A stretch of 44,185 nucleotides of DNA, the filler included, from Sphacelaria rigidula (Eukaryota): NCBI GenBank assembly GCA_964200075.2. It is 2 parts of 2 records of this genome, joined end to end, with 100 filler letters (N's around TTAATTAATTAA, not from the genome) between each part and the next. Parts side by side here need not be neighbours in the genome. Positions count along the whole stretch, not along the records: positions 22,149 to 44,185 come from CAXNAA020000362.1; 1 more part is not named here. The stretch is one strand, 5' to 3'. The position numbers and the translations under genes are program-made. Below, piece after piece: positions 24,515 through 36,500 of this stretch (positions are counted from its first letter, which is position 1; each line of letters starts with the position of its first letter). A model generated the notes under the pieces. It saw nothing but the letters and a program-made list of their open reading frames with translations, ran no database searches and was not told the origin of the DNA.

Positions 24515-24975
24515 CGGTTGTTTTTCTGGTTGGATTTGTCGGTTTTGCGACATTTGATCCACTTGTTTGCCTCAACAGAGACTTCTGCTATTACATGTCT
24601 TGGGCATTATGCATCACCCCACGGAGAGGAGTATAGCGCACACTTTCGATTCGCTTGACTCCGAGGTTTCGAGAATGCCTGTGAACAGAAATTCAGCTGG
24701 ACATGGAAAAAATGCGAGCACGATATGGAAAAATCGAAGAATCCCGACAGATTACTCAAGACACCAAAATTCTTCATGTCCACCTGGACTTTGTTCAGAG
24801 GCCATTCTCTAAACCTCGGAGCCAAGTGAATCGGAAACATGGGCTAGACTCCCTCTCGGTGGGGTGATGCAAAGCTTCCAAGAGTTGTGATGGCGATATT
24901 CCCTGTTTTGGGGACAAAAAAATCTGAATCAAATATCCCAAAACTGAAAACAAACAGCAAAAAACAAACAAATGA
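24515..24975. repeat. Degenerate fold-back element (~200-bp arms, ~60-bp spacer)
   Basis: TGCATCACCCCAC/GTGGGGTGATGCA, CTCCGAGGTTT/AAACCTCGGAG and TGGACATG/CATGTCCA are symmetrically placed. Confidence 0.85.
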
Positions 24976-25152
24976 AAGAAACGGTCCACGATGGGTTTTC
25001 AGAATAATATAAGAGAAGAAAAACGAATTTTCCGAGGTGGACTTTTCTCACGGATAATGAGAAGCGGCCTAGTGACGTCAAGACTTTTCAGTTGTCGATT
25101 TGACGCTATTGTCGATGGTCCTATTTCATCTTGGGGTGTAAACTCTTGCTAA

Positions 25153-25339
25153 CGTACCTGGATGTAGAGTGTAGTCCATGCGCCAGCGGTGTCCGCCTGT
25201 TGGCCCCTCGTGGGTGGACTTTCCCCACTCGTTGGCGTGCTAAAAAATGAGTTAGTGATTTTCATCTCATGGTCTGCAGCGCATGTCAGCAAACGCACGC
25301 TGTTGTCATTGACGGTGTTTCTGCCATATTTTCCCAATC
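25153..25339 (-). pseudogene. Inverted duplicate of the LINE endonuclease segment
   Basis: Reads LGKYGRNTVNDNSVRLLTCAADHEMKITNSFFST on the - strand, mirroring 25352-25550. Confidence 0.85.
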
Positions 25340-25351
25340 GGAAAATTCTCG

Positions 25352-27900
25352 AATTGGGAGAATATGGTCGACGCACGTTCAATGACAACGGCATGCGACT
25401 GTGACATGCGCTGTGAGTGGAGCATAAAACGGCAAAATCACCAACACCTTGTTTAGCACGCTAACTAGCGGAAAAACCCAGCCTCGTACACATGAGGGGC
25501 CGAAGGATGGAGACCACTGGCCCCTGGACTACATCACATCCTCGTACATAAGTAAGACCTGAGACTCATTCTTAACGTCACTTTGCACCCCAAGATGAAA
25601 TTGGACCATCTACTGGTTTCAAGCCTCCACCTATCTCCTTGGACGGAGCACACCCGACCCTCGGCCGAAACCGGGACGTGGGGGCCGCGGAGTGCGTCCC
25701 GATCAGAAGCTCTCTACATTTGACCGACATTGGGGACCTATCCTATTGCAGGCATTGTCGCCAAGCTCTCGAATGCCACTAACTCTGGAGCAGTCCTGGA
25801 CGCCAACGATATGGCTTCTGCCCACCCCAACACCCGGCGCCAGACGACCACGGATACACCCCCTCGCTGCTCGAAGAAGCTTCAGTGAGTCGCCACAGGC
25901 TCAAGCACGGCTCCGACAGGCGTGGGACGTTGGGGAGCGTGTATGGGAGAAACTACGTCAGCCCCCACGACCTTGGCTTGAGAGAAGCGATACAGGTGAC
26001 AGACAAGGCGTTCAAGCGGGTGAAGCACGCTGAACCGCAGAACTACCGAAACGGATTCACCGCCAGGACAGCGGAGTTGACTTCCGCAACAAGGACCAGG
26101 GGGGGCTTTACCAACACATTACACCATATGATCTGGAAGAGAAGAGAGGCTGTGGCTTAACCTTCATCAGAAGCTCGTCTGGCGAGCTGTTGCGGCACAA
26201 GCGAGCTATCCTGGAGCGGTGGAAAGAGTGGTATGAGACGCTCCTGAAAGCAATATCGCCTACGCTCGATCCCTCTGGCCTCGATTGCAATGAACAGATG
26301 CTGTAGCACGCGCCGCTTGCGGCCGAGCGCTTGACGGAGGAAATGAAGGAAGCGATGGGCAAGTTGGCGAGTGGCAAGGCCGATCGGGCTGATAATATGT
26401 ACGGTAACCTGTTGAAGCTCGGCCTCACCGAGGACTGCCATCCGGGAGTGCTTCAACAACATCGTGCTCACAGTGCGGCGTTAGGAAGTAGTGTCATATG
26501 AATGGAAAGCGCTGCCATCGAAGTGATGTTCAAGAAAAAGGGCCTGCACGAGTGCGGCAACTATCTCGGCATTTTGCTAGGGACCCACGCGGGCAATGTG
26601 GTTGTCCAAGTGGCTACGATTCGCCGCAGCGCCTACTCCGAGTGGAAAGATTCCTCAACACCTCAGTACGGTTTGCAACCCCGCCAGTCGCCAGTCGACG
26701 TTGTGCACGTTATGCACAGGCTCCAAGAATTGACCAAGAAGAAGAATTTATCACTGTACGTGTGCTTCATTGACCCCCGGAAAGTGTACGACTCAGTCGA
26801 TTGCTTTCTTCTCAGGAAGGTGCTGGAATAAGATGATATTTATCATCCTCCATTTCCACGCCGGCATGGGAGCGTGAGTGCGCCTTGACAGCGGTGACAC
26901 GTCCGAGTGGTTTTCCGTTAAGCACGGCCTTCGTCAAGTCTGTATGAGTGCCCCTGATTTGTCCAACATGTTCGCGGTGGTGCAAAGCGTAGCGTTCGAC
27001 AAAAACGACGGCGATCCTTGCAAGGAGTGGAATGACCAGGAAGGAGCTTTGCAAGGTCGTGCTGCACCCGACGACGCTTACATCGCTTCGCTATTTCAAC
27101 GAAGCCTGGCAAAGATGACGGCCGTCGTCGGGGTCTGTGCGGCTTTCGGTGTCGTCGTGGGGGAGAAAAAGACGGTAAACATTTACATGCGCTCCCCAAA
27201 CATAAAGGTGAATGTAGTTTGAGGTGGAAGCCGCAGGTCAGAGGCACAACGAAGTTGAGGCTTTAGTGGATCTCGGTGGCGCCATCAATAGCATTGACGA
27301 TGTGACCCCTTGAAGCAACCACCGCACTGGTCATACTTGGAACTGCTTCGTCAAATACAGCAAAGCGATCTACGACGACCCATATTTAGCCCTGGCCGAG
27401 GTTCGTTTCCTGAAGGGACGAGTGATCGAGGTCATGCATTACGGCTGCGTGACCTGGAATCTCTCGCCCGATGATTTCGGCATGTTGCGGAGAGCCCACC
27501 CCGTGAACTCTTCCTGAGGTACCTCAGCGAGCACAGCTCAAACCGCAGGACTGTCGACGACCACATACCGTCTGGTCACGTGGTCCTCGAAAGGATTGGC
27601 TGCGACTACATCGAGGCTGTCGTTATGAAGCCAATCCTGAATTACGCTGGCCGCGCCGCGATAATACATAAAGAACGCACGCCACGCGCGAAACGCCAAC
27701 AATACCGTGTCGTCAATACTGCTCCACCTTTGAAGTAGACACGGCATCATGGACTCAGATTGCCATAGATGCTTGCGAGTGGTACCGGGTCGGAGAGGAG
27801 GGGCAACAAGCAAGAGAGAAACTATACCATGCATGTAAACGCGACCAACGTGCGCCATGCAAAGGAGATTTTGCTGTGATACGACTAGAGTTACCTCGGC
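25352..27900 (+). pseudogene. Decayed, 5'-truncated non-LTR retrotransposon (LINE, RTE-like): AP endonuclease C-terminus plus reverse transcriptase
   Basis: Endonuclease: LGEYG...NDNG, KITNTLF, LDY. RT: KKKGLHECGNYLGI, QYGLQP, YVCFIDPRKVYDSVD, GLRQVCMSAPDLSNMF, and PDD (decayed YADD). Many stops and frameshifts. Confidence 0.9.
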
Positions 27901-28142
27901 GTCCATTGAAGGTCACCGCAATGTAGCGAGTAGCGCACCATGTACTATGCTGGCTAGAGCATTTGCCGTCTTTCAAGATTTCGATGTTCTTCTCTGTGGA
28001 TACCTGAGGCTGTGTTTTGACTTTCGCTTGGTATCCGTACGCTCTCCTGGGATGTATATCTTGTTTTACTTACTTTTGTACTACGCCTATCGAGTGCTCA
28101 TATTTCGTCGGCAATCCTTTTCTGTTTGTTCTATTGCCGGTC

Positions 28143-28504
28143 GCCCCGGTGGCTCAGTTGGTAACCTCGAAACCTTCTGACGGTTGGGTCGTGGGTTCAA
28201 ATCTCGGGGCGATCTGAAACTTTTTCTCACACCATGCCCAACAGTGGAGAGCGACGATGTCGTGGGTACACGAAATCCGACTCAACGGTCGACAAGGGAA
28301 AGGTACTGCTGAACCCCTCTTGCGACAAAAAATTAAGGCAAGCACCGCAGAAGGAAGGTAGAATACTAAAAACAGACAAACAAACAAAAAACTCCCGTGT
28401 TGACCTTCCTTCTGTGTGACCCCGGCTGATGCGCCCACATATCCCAATAGGTGTAGACCGGCGTCCAGAATAGATGGGACGACAACACAACACAACACGA
28501 CACA
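28143..28504 (+). mobile_element. tRNA-derived SINE, near full length
   Basis: Pol III A box TGGCTCAGTTGG (28150-28161), B box GGTTCAAATC (28194-28203), a body shared with two other copies, and an (ACAAC)n tail. Confidence 0.85.
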
Positions 28505-30308
28505 TACTGCACCTCTGACCAGCACGGGGGAAGGTCCCTCTTTTGTTTCTTTGACGTCTCTTGCTGATTTGTTTTGGAGTTTCACAAGAAGCCGTTTAAT
28601 AAGTGCTTGTACATCATGTAAGGAATAGTAGTGACTGTAATAAAAAGACGTGTGCGACCACGGGTTCGAGGAATTGGGCTATGTGCGGCATTCGGAGTGA
28701 AAAAAAATCGTAATTCGGCATCACCCTCAAGCGAGGCGGGGCTTTCGTAGGTACGGGTCAAATTATGTAGCTCCGACACTAATTCACGTAATTTGTTTTA
28801 TATTCTTGAGAAACCTTCTCACGTTATATAAGGCATTACATGAAATTTGATTGTAGTATGCACTCCGTCACACGTGTTTTGGCCAGCCCTCTTGGGGCCC
28901 GTAGCCGCAGTACAGTACCATGCGGCGGATATATGGTACCCGGGACAACAATGGCTTCACACGCGGTGCTTTTCCTTTGTATACCGATTGGTGTACCCAA
29001 CGTTTGTTTTGAGCGTCGCCGTGCCCGCGGGACGGTTGCGGTAGCTGAGGTGGGCGTTGCAGTCTCCATTTGCGCTTAGCTCGCTCCTGCATCCTGCACG
29101 GCTTTTGGATACGGGCCATGAGAAAAGATAAAGTGCCCTAGTGGGTATGCTTTGTCTAATGCTGCCCCGCGGACATAAATCCCCCCGAGAAAATAACTAT
29201 ATCAGCATCTGTTGATAGTTGCCATGTAGCAATACCCACGCGACGTCTACCGGATTGTCAGGGTTGGTGCATCTTGTGGTACAGATACAGTCGGTACCGC
29301 GATAGAAAGTTGTTCAGAGATACAATAGCGGAGACAACCGATCACTCTACACACGGGAGATCAGACAGCTAACGTGAACATATTTCTCTCTCGCGTGTTC
29401 AACGCCGTGTGCTACAGCGCCGCCTCTCTTCGAAGGTACACCGTACGCTTGCTCTATGACACATGAGTGCTCATGAAAAGAATAGAGTTTCGGAGAAAAA
29501 AAGAACTCAGGGATGATCGAAAAACGGATGAATTCTTCACGCTTATATACCCCAAGCTTGTTCTTATTTTTTATAACCAGGTAGGTGTGGATCGCGGCCA
29601 ACTTTTCGGGGTATAGTATTTTCTGTTCCGAATGCCACGTGGTAGGTATCATGAGTTAAGCGGTAAAAGTTTTGCCGTGCTGTTGTGCGTTTGTACTCTG
29701 CGCCTACCCATGCGGTGCTACCCATACAGCGCGGAAGAGCATGTACAGAGCTGTTCTACGATAGGTTGGGTGTTTGATTCCAGAAAAAAAGGACTCATAG
29801 GTGTTTCGGACAACCTGACACACTCGCCCTGCGTTTGTATTCGAGTAAAACGGCGTCAATCAGTATGAATGAGCGTTTTTCATCGGTGATACGCGCGTTC
29901 GGACAATCTTTGCTACTTACAACGATGATTCGAACTTGAGGTTCGTGGAAGCAATGGCCCAAAATACCCCCCGTCCTATCGTAGCATGACTACAGTAGTT
30001 GTCTGTGCTGTCCCCGTACTGTTGAATACGTGACAGCAGTATCAACACAGTCCCTGGGTACGAACCCGGCACAGTACGCAGCGTTGGGCACACAGGCAGT
30101 GCACTTCGGTTCCCGCCAGTCACTCACACGTCCTGCAATTGTCGGTGTGTGGTACAAGACTAGTACAAGTTGTGAGAGTTGAGAGTTGTTCTGTTGGTTT
30201 GTCTGTAGACAGTTTTGTACTCTTCATAGTACGAGTGTACATGCCTGTGTGTGCGCGTGTGCATATTTTGAGGAAGTACGTTCATTCTCGATAAAGGTTC
30301 ACAACGCA

Positions 30309-30531
30309 GTACAAAGTTCGACTTAATGGTTGACGAGGGAAAGGGACCGCTGAACCCCTCTCGCGATAAAAAATTAAGGCAAGCACCGCAGAAGAAAGGT
30401 GGAGTACCAAAACAAATGAAGAAAAAAAAAATCGGTGTTGACCTTCCTCTTGTGTGACCCCTGCTGGTACGCCCACATATACCGAAAGGTGTAGACTGGC
30501 GTCCAGGACAGATGGGACGACAACACACAAA
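30309..30531 (+). mobile_element. 5'-truncated SINE copy
   Basis: Direct match to 28267-28495, including GATGGGACGACAACAC. Confidence 0.8.
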
Positions 30532-30535
30532 CGCA

Positions 30536-30851
30536 GTGATCCTAGCTGCGTGGAGGCGAACGGGGGAGCGCAGCCACCTACCGGTCGACCTGGCTGAAGA
30601 TGACGTGGAAGGGCGGAAGTGGGCCACTCATGCAGCCGCTACGAGGACTTTGACAAAATGGCCACCCAAGGGTGGTGTACTTGCGCGAGCTATTGATAAC
30701 TCAAGCTTCACGTCGGGTGGCCATCTTGTCAAGTCCTCGTAGCGGCTACTTAAGCGGCCGACTCCCGCCCTTCCGCGTCATCATAAGCCAGATCCACGGG
30801 CGTCTCGGCTTCCCATTTCGCCTCCAAGTCTTCCTCGTAGTCTTGGATCAC
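30536..30851. repeat. Degenerate fold-back (~130-150-bp arms)
   Basis: AGCCGCTACGAGGACTT/AAGTCCTCGTAGCGGCT, ATGGCCACCC/GGGTGGCCAT and GGAAGGGCGG/CCGCCCTTCC are symmetric about ~30691. Confidence 0.88.
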
Positions 30852-32045
30852 CCTCGTGAACGAACTGCCGTCACCAGTGCTGTCGCGGGCGTTCACGGCA
30901 TCCGCCATCGCCCCACTCGAGAGATTCCATTTACGGCTGTGTGCTCTAACCTCGGTCGCTATGAGGTGGGGTGTGGAGTTCCGTTTCCCAACTCTGAGTT
31001 GGGCACCAACGCTTTGGGACGTTCAACAACTCAGGGTTTAAATAGGGGATTTCGTCATATCCTGGCCTTGAATCCCAACTTTTAAATCCTAACCCTGAGT
31101 TTTTCCGGCCGGTTTTTTCTTTTCGAAACTCTCGAATATCGATGCCGGCTGCATAATTTCTTTTGGGTCCCCTGCTGCCAATGTCCTGGGCTGTAGCAAG
31201 CTAACGAAGAAAAATGAAGCCCGCACCAGGCCTGGACCACAAATACCAGAACAGAGCCATCTTGTCGACCTCTCTGCGAGACATAGAGCTTGCGTAGCGC
31301 ACGTGTATCCATAATTGTTTTCGGACAACGTCCGTACAACAATAGTGGGAAACGACAAGAAAAAAACCTAGTTTCGACGCAATTTTCAATTACCATACAC
31401 GACCCGTACCTTTGAAATCGGAGCGTCAAGCGACAAGGCACAGCACCCATACATGGGGATGATTTCGTAGTGAATTAAATTATTTGCGCCAAGCGCCATT
31501 ATGATCGAGCGTTCAAGATCGGCACCTGGCAAACATTGAGGACTCCGTTCAAAATCACCCGAGGGACAAAAACAAAAACATGGTACATCTCCTGTTTAAC
31601 TGCACTGCAGCACAAACACACTCACGTCCGGTCTCGTATGTGCTGTAGCTATCACTGTTCTATGGTGTGTATAGACCTTGCGAACACGGTATGGTCTCCG
31701 CTGAGAATGCTTCAGGTGCTGTATGGTTGTTTGGATATTAAATAACGCCGGTTTCCGGTTATCCATCACGGACACAGACTTATTTTCGGAACAGTATCAC
31801 AGGCTCACGGTCAATGCCGGCAACCGCAACGCTTTAGATGAGTAACTCCCCTACTTTTACGAGCATCCTCTCCAGTGACAGCATACCATGGTATTCCGTG
31901 TGTTAAGGGTCCACCGTATGTAAATCGCTCAACAAAAAGTACTTATTTTCATGCTGCTCCGTAAGTACGTGAAGTACTCGTAGGATCCATCTGAGCGTGA
32001 ACATCATGCAAGCCCAGACATACGTAAAAAGCTGGCGAAGAGCGA

Positions 32046-33170
32046 TCAATAAAGCGAGAAATTCGCCTGAAGAAGCCCACCCGTCGAGCATCCACACACA
32101 AAAGAAAACGTCTGCCATCCCCACCCACCTGGAGCTTGAGGGATGCTTTCCACAAGCTTTGTAACCGCCTCTTGGCCCCGAGATAAGGCGTTATGTACCC
32201 TGGCCAAAGCCTCAGCCCCGACCTCCCCAATAGGCCGCTTCGTAAGCTCCGCCAGGCGCTGCATTTGAGTTTGAGCCAGAGCGATCGCCTTATCCAGCCC
32301 ACAACCAACGCAGCAACCACAATCGCCGTCACTGCCGCTTGATTCGTGTACCGACGACGCTCCATCCTCAGTGGTACCCACGTTGTGCTCGTGGTGCTGA
32401 ACATGTTCCAGGGTTTGGCCAGAGACCATCACCGCCGAGTTGTCGCACGATGCAGCAACATTGGGTGCAGTGGGGTTCATCACGCTGCTGTCCACGATGT
32501 GAAGCCAAGACTCGCGGAGTGACGGGGTCGCAGCAGGTACACTTGCCTCGGATGTCCCACCAACCGCCGCCATCGCGGAACCTGCCGGGTGCAGCTGTTG
32601 TCGTTCGCCTTGCCATTGTTCTTGAACCTCTTGCACACGATCGTCATCGCTTTGAACGCTCTGGGCGTCGTCAGTCACCCAGTCGACTCTGTTGCTGCTT
32701 ACCCGTAGAGAATGTATTGAAATGAGGTGATGATCGTCCGACTCCGCCGTGGACGACTCCGGCGAAGGGCTGCGGGGAAGAGCAGGAAGCACACTATCAT
32801 TGTCATCATCATCTACGCGCTCATTCCCGGCGAGGAATGTGTCCATACTGCTGCCCAGGAGGGAGCAGCTGCCCCCAGGGTTTGCTGCAGGTACCGGGTG
32901 GAAAATTTGCGCGAAGTCTTTCAACCCGTCTGGGTCCGAGTCAGACCCCCCGCCGGACAAAAATGAGCACGATGCACCGAGCTTGTCGTTGGATGAACCT
33001 CCGCAGGCGGTCATGGTGCTTTCAGCGAGGCTACGGCCTAGGTTGACGAAGCTCTGTGTGTCGATGCTGATGGAGCTAAGGCTCAGTTGAGATATCGCCT
33101 CTTTCCGGGTTTTCTTTGAAGTTGAATTTGCCTCGGGAATTGGGTTGAATTTGGTGGTGATCCCCGCCAT
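32046..33170 (-). CDS. Unknown Ser/Asp-rich, probably disordered protein with a C-terminal helical segment; possibly a long exon of a spliced gene
   Basis: The longest ORF in the window (388 codons), with ATG at 33170 (MAGITTKF...). Non-repetitive and divergent from the dynamin-like gene. A possible donor CAG|GTGGG near 32130 means the true 3' end is uncertain. Confidence 0.65.
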   Translation of the reverse strand: MAGITTKFNPIPEANSTSKKTRKEAISQLSLSSISIDTQSFVNLGRSLAESTMTACGGSSNDKLGASCSFLSGGGSDSDPDGLKDFAQIFHPVPAANPGGSCSLLGSSMDTFLAGNERVDDDDNDSVLPALPRSPSPESSTAESDDHHLISIHSLRVSSNRVDWVTDDAQSVQSDDDRVQEVQEQWQGERQQLHPAGSAMAAVGGTSEASVPAATPSLRESWLHIVDSSVMNPTAPNVAASCDNSAVMVSGQTLEHVQHHEHNVGTTEDGASSVHESSGSDGDCGCCVGCGLDKAIALAQTQMQRLAELTKRPIGEVGAEALARVHNALSRGQEAVTKLVESIPQAPGGWGWQTFSFVCGCSTGGLLQANFSLY

Positions 33171-33512
33171 GAAACGACAGCGGCGTCCCACAAATGGCAA
33201 TGAAACGTGCAACAGAAGAGTGTAGAATAGGTGCCGTGTGTTTCCACAGGGGTAGCGCTCCTTCCACTGGGGAGGGGGAAGGGTGTTCTTCGCTACAGTA
33301 ACGCTTGTACTCTTCGCCTGTCGGATTTTGAAGTTAGCGACGTAGAAAGAAAAATTACATTTCGATTGTCATCATCTACATCCATTTGGAGGCGTTCTCA
33401 TTTTCTTCCCCCATGTTTTCACATGTAGGCGTTGTCTGGTGACGAAAACAAAGCGCCCGCCCTTGTTATCACAACACATCAACGTTACCACTACGGCAGG
33501 GGCTCCCACGTG
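33171..33512. promoter_or_regulatory. Putative bidirectional promoter/5'UTR region
   Basis: 342 bp between two divergent predicted start codons (33170 on -, 33513 on +). Inferred from position only. Confidence 0.4.
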
Positions 33513-36500
33513 ATGTCTGCACTCCGAGCACCGTGCCTTGGGCGAGGGCTGCAGTCGCCGTCTGGTTTCGTGCGATGGACCCTTGCCAAACGTAAGTGCT
33601 TTCTCTCTTATCATTTCTTCGCCCATCATGGCGCCAGCATCGACGTAGTACAGTATTGGACGAATGCAAGCTTGGCCACCAATGCTGCAGCTATCATTCT
33701 TGTATGGGTATGTACACATGGCAGGGTCACTGCTGCTGCTCTCTTCTCAACGCCTCCTCTGACGAGTTAGCAAGATCAAAGGATCTTTTCCCCGCAGCTG
33801 CGCATTGAGCTACTGTAGTCGGTATCAAAGAAAACATTGAACACCTGCTCTTGTCTCGTCGGTTTCACCCTTCGATTCGCTGTCGAACAAACGGCGAACC
33901 CAGAGCGAACCAACAGGCCTAACGTCGAGCAAAAACTGTTACTACCCCACTTAGGTACCCAACCATCGGCAGCTACAGCAGGCCATGCTCGCAAAAGACA
34001 GTTATCGTCTATAGATGGCAAGGTGCAGGCCGAGATCATGAACCGTTGTAATGAGCTGCACGCCAGCTTCATCCAGCCCCTTAACGACAACGTGCATGGA
34101 CCGCTTGAGAAGCTCAACACCGGAGGGTACCAGTCGACAAAAATGCCGTTTGTGTTCGTGCTCGGCAATCACAGCTCCGGCAAGTCGAGCTTCATCAACT
34201 ATGTGCTGGGCAGGAATATCCAGACTGCCGGAGTTGCGCCGACAGATGACAGGTACCTCGTATGTCCGCGCCGTCACGGGTCGTACTTGCAAACTGACCA
34301 AATCCTGTCTTGGATTTTGTATTGAAGCGACGTTTGTTGTGGACGTTCATGAGGGCGGGTGACGGGAGTGTTCCCACAAGACGTGTGGTTGCGGGCAGGC
34401 TGCGTACGGCGAGGCTTGCCCAAGTCACGTATGTGAGATTGCGGTATGCATGAGTAGCACGATGTTGTCCCTCTGGTGCGCGGCGCTCATGAAGCGCCCA
34501 GCAATACTCGGAGCTCAGTTTGCCTCCACGTGGGAGAACGAGCAAGCCTAGAGAGGTGGTGCGATAACAGTGCACTGTACCCTTTGAGTAAAGTGACGGT
34601 CCGTTGGTCGGGTCTCTGTCTTTTCACGAAGTGGTTCCATGTCATCCACTGGTCTGTCTTGACTGTCGTTAATAATCCACTGGTGTTGTCTCCGCTGCTT
34701 CTCCCGTCTGTTCCTTCTCGTGCCCCGTGCCCCATCCCGCCTCTGCATAGGGCGATTGCCTGAAACGTTGTCGCGTGTCTCCACGTGCTTCCTCTCATGT
34801 GTGGCCTCTCACGTGTAATCAATGTGACGTGACCCAATTCGTACCGGCAGCTTCACCATCATAGCACCGGGTCCATCAGACATAAACCAAGACGGACCGG
34901 CGCTGGTTGGGGACCCAGACATGGGATTTCTCGGGCTACGGCAGTTCGGCCCAACGCTTGTTCATCACACAGAGCTCAAGGTGAAGCGTGGTATCTCGAA
35001 TCCGTCCAACGTTGATGGGGATTGTCCTTCCTGCTATCCGATGCCGCCAACTTTCTGACGGAATAAGATCGCTTCATCTGTTGGTCGGCATGGGCCACTT
35101 CTCTAGCAGGACCAGTTCCTCAGCTGCACAAGCTCCTCTGCCAGGGGTGAGGAGGAAGGCTGCCTTGCCGACCCCGACGGTGCCGCCGACTGCTGCCCAT
35201 GTGCAGCTGAAGTGCTAGTCTCGCCTGAAAAATGGCCCTCACCGACGATCAGAAGGCAGCCCTCTTCTGTCAAGAAGCCGACAGAAATATGGATGCATGG
35301 ATGTTGTATTCTCCATGTCTTGTGTCTGTCGCAAGGCGACGGGGGAGGGGAGTAGGGAAAATACTTGGAAGACTCACTTTTCTCCACGTGCAAATACCTC
35401 TTATTCCATGAGTAGATTCACGGGGTTGAAGGTGGTGCAGCTCTAATCACCGAGATATTGAACTGCAGCGAGTGCCAGCAGGTTGAATATATTACATGTG
35501 CTCTATTTAAATTTTCAACAATTTTGGAATATCCTCATGTTTTCTCGAGAACGCGCTGATGTTTTGTTCTACAATTCCCCTCCCAAAATTGGAATGTAAT
35601 GCCTCAACACGCCAAGCCCCCTGAACACGTACTGCATCACACGATGGGATCTCCCCGAAGCAGCCCCCCCCCCCCCCCCCCCCCCCCCTACCCCCTTCGT
35701 TAACGCATCCGCAACTCATCCTCGACCCGCGTTGACACCAGTCTGCTTGGGGCAAAATATACTTGGTCAGACGGGATTTTTTCGGGCCGTTCGGATACGT
35801 GATGGGTTACGCCCACAGGAAGACGGATCAGCGTCAGACCAGAAGGCCCCGCAAAATGAGAAATTACGGTCATGCGTCACGGAAGTGTCGGAGATAAGTG
35901 TGGCGTACGTGATGCTGCCTGCACCCCCGAGGGCAAGGTTGTGAATTGTGCCCCCTCCATCCTCTGAGACGTTGCCTCCCATCCTTCTTTCATCGTGTTC
36001 GAACTGTTTGTCGTTGCTGCGCGTTCAGGTCCGATCCGGTACCAGCACAAATTCATTCATGATGGTTGACAGCCCTGGGATGATCGACAGCCCCGTCTCC
36101 AGGACGGGATTCTCCGCATATGACAGCGGCGCCCCCTCTGCCTTCAACGGTAGGCCAGGGGAATTGGGTCGTCGAGGATCCGATTCTACGCGCGGCTACG
36201 ATTTCGAGGGTGTGGTGAAATGGTTTGCGGAGAGGGCGGACGTGATACTTCTATTCTTTGATCCCGACAAGCCAGGCACAACTGGGGAGACCTTATCCAT
36301 CTTGACCAACTCGCTACCGGGGATGGACCATAAGTTGTACATCGTGCTCAACAAGGTAAGCCTGGTACAAGTCGCGTCATTACACCCAACGAAACAGGTT
36401 TTAAAAATGCCTTGTCCGGTTCGCTAGGAAGAGCGGATGTGAGGACATGGTGCTCAATGTGTCGGCGGAGTGAAATGCACCCGTTAGCAGAACTTGCGCT

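Noticed and set aside
28143-28212. tRNA-like sequence
   Set aside because: Has A/B boxes but no convincing anticodon arm and continues into a repeated SINE body, so it is a SINE head.
31028-31101. Short inverted repeat AACTCAGGGTT/AACCCTGAGTT with a telomere-like CCTAACCCT
   Set aside because: Only an 11-bp perfect stem and no tandem telomeric array.
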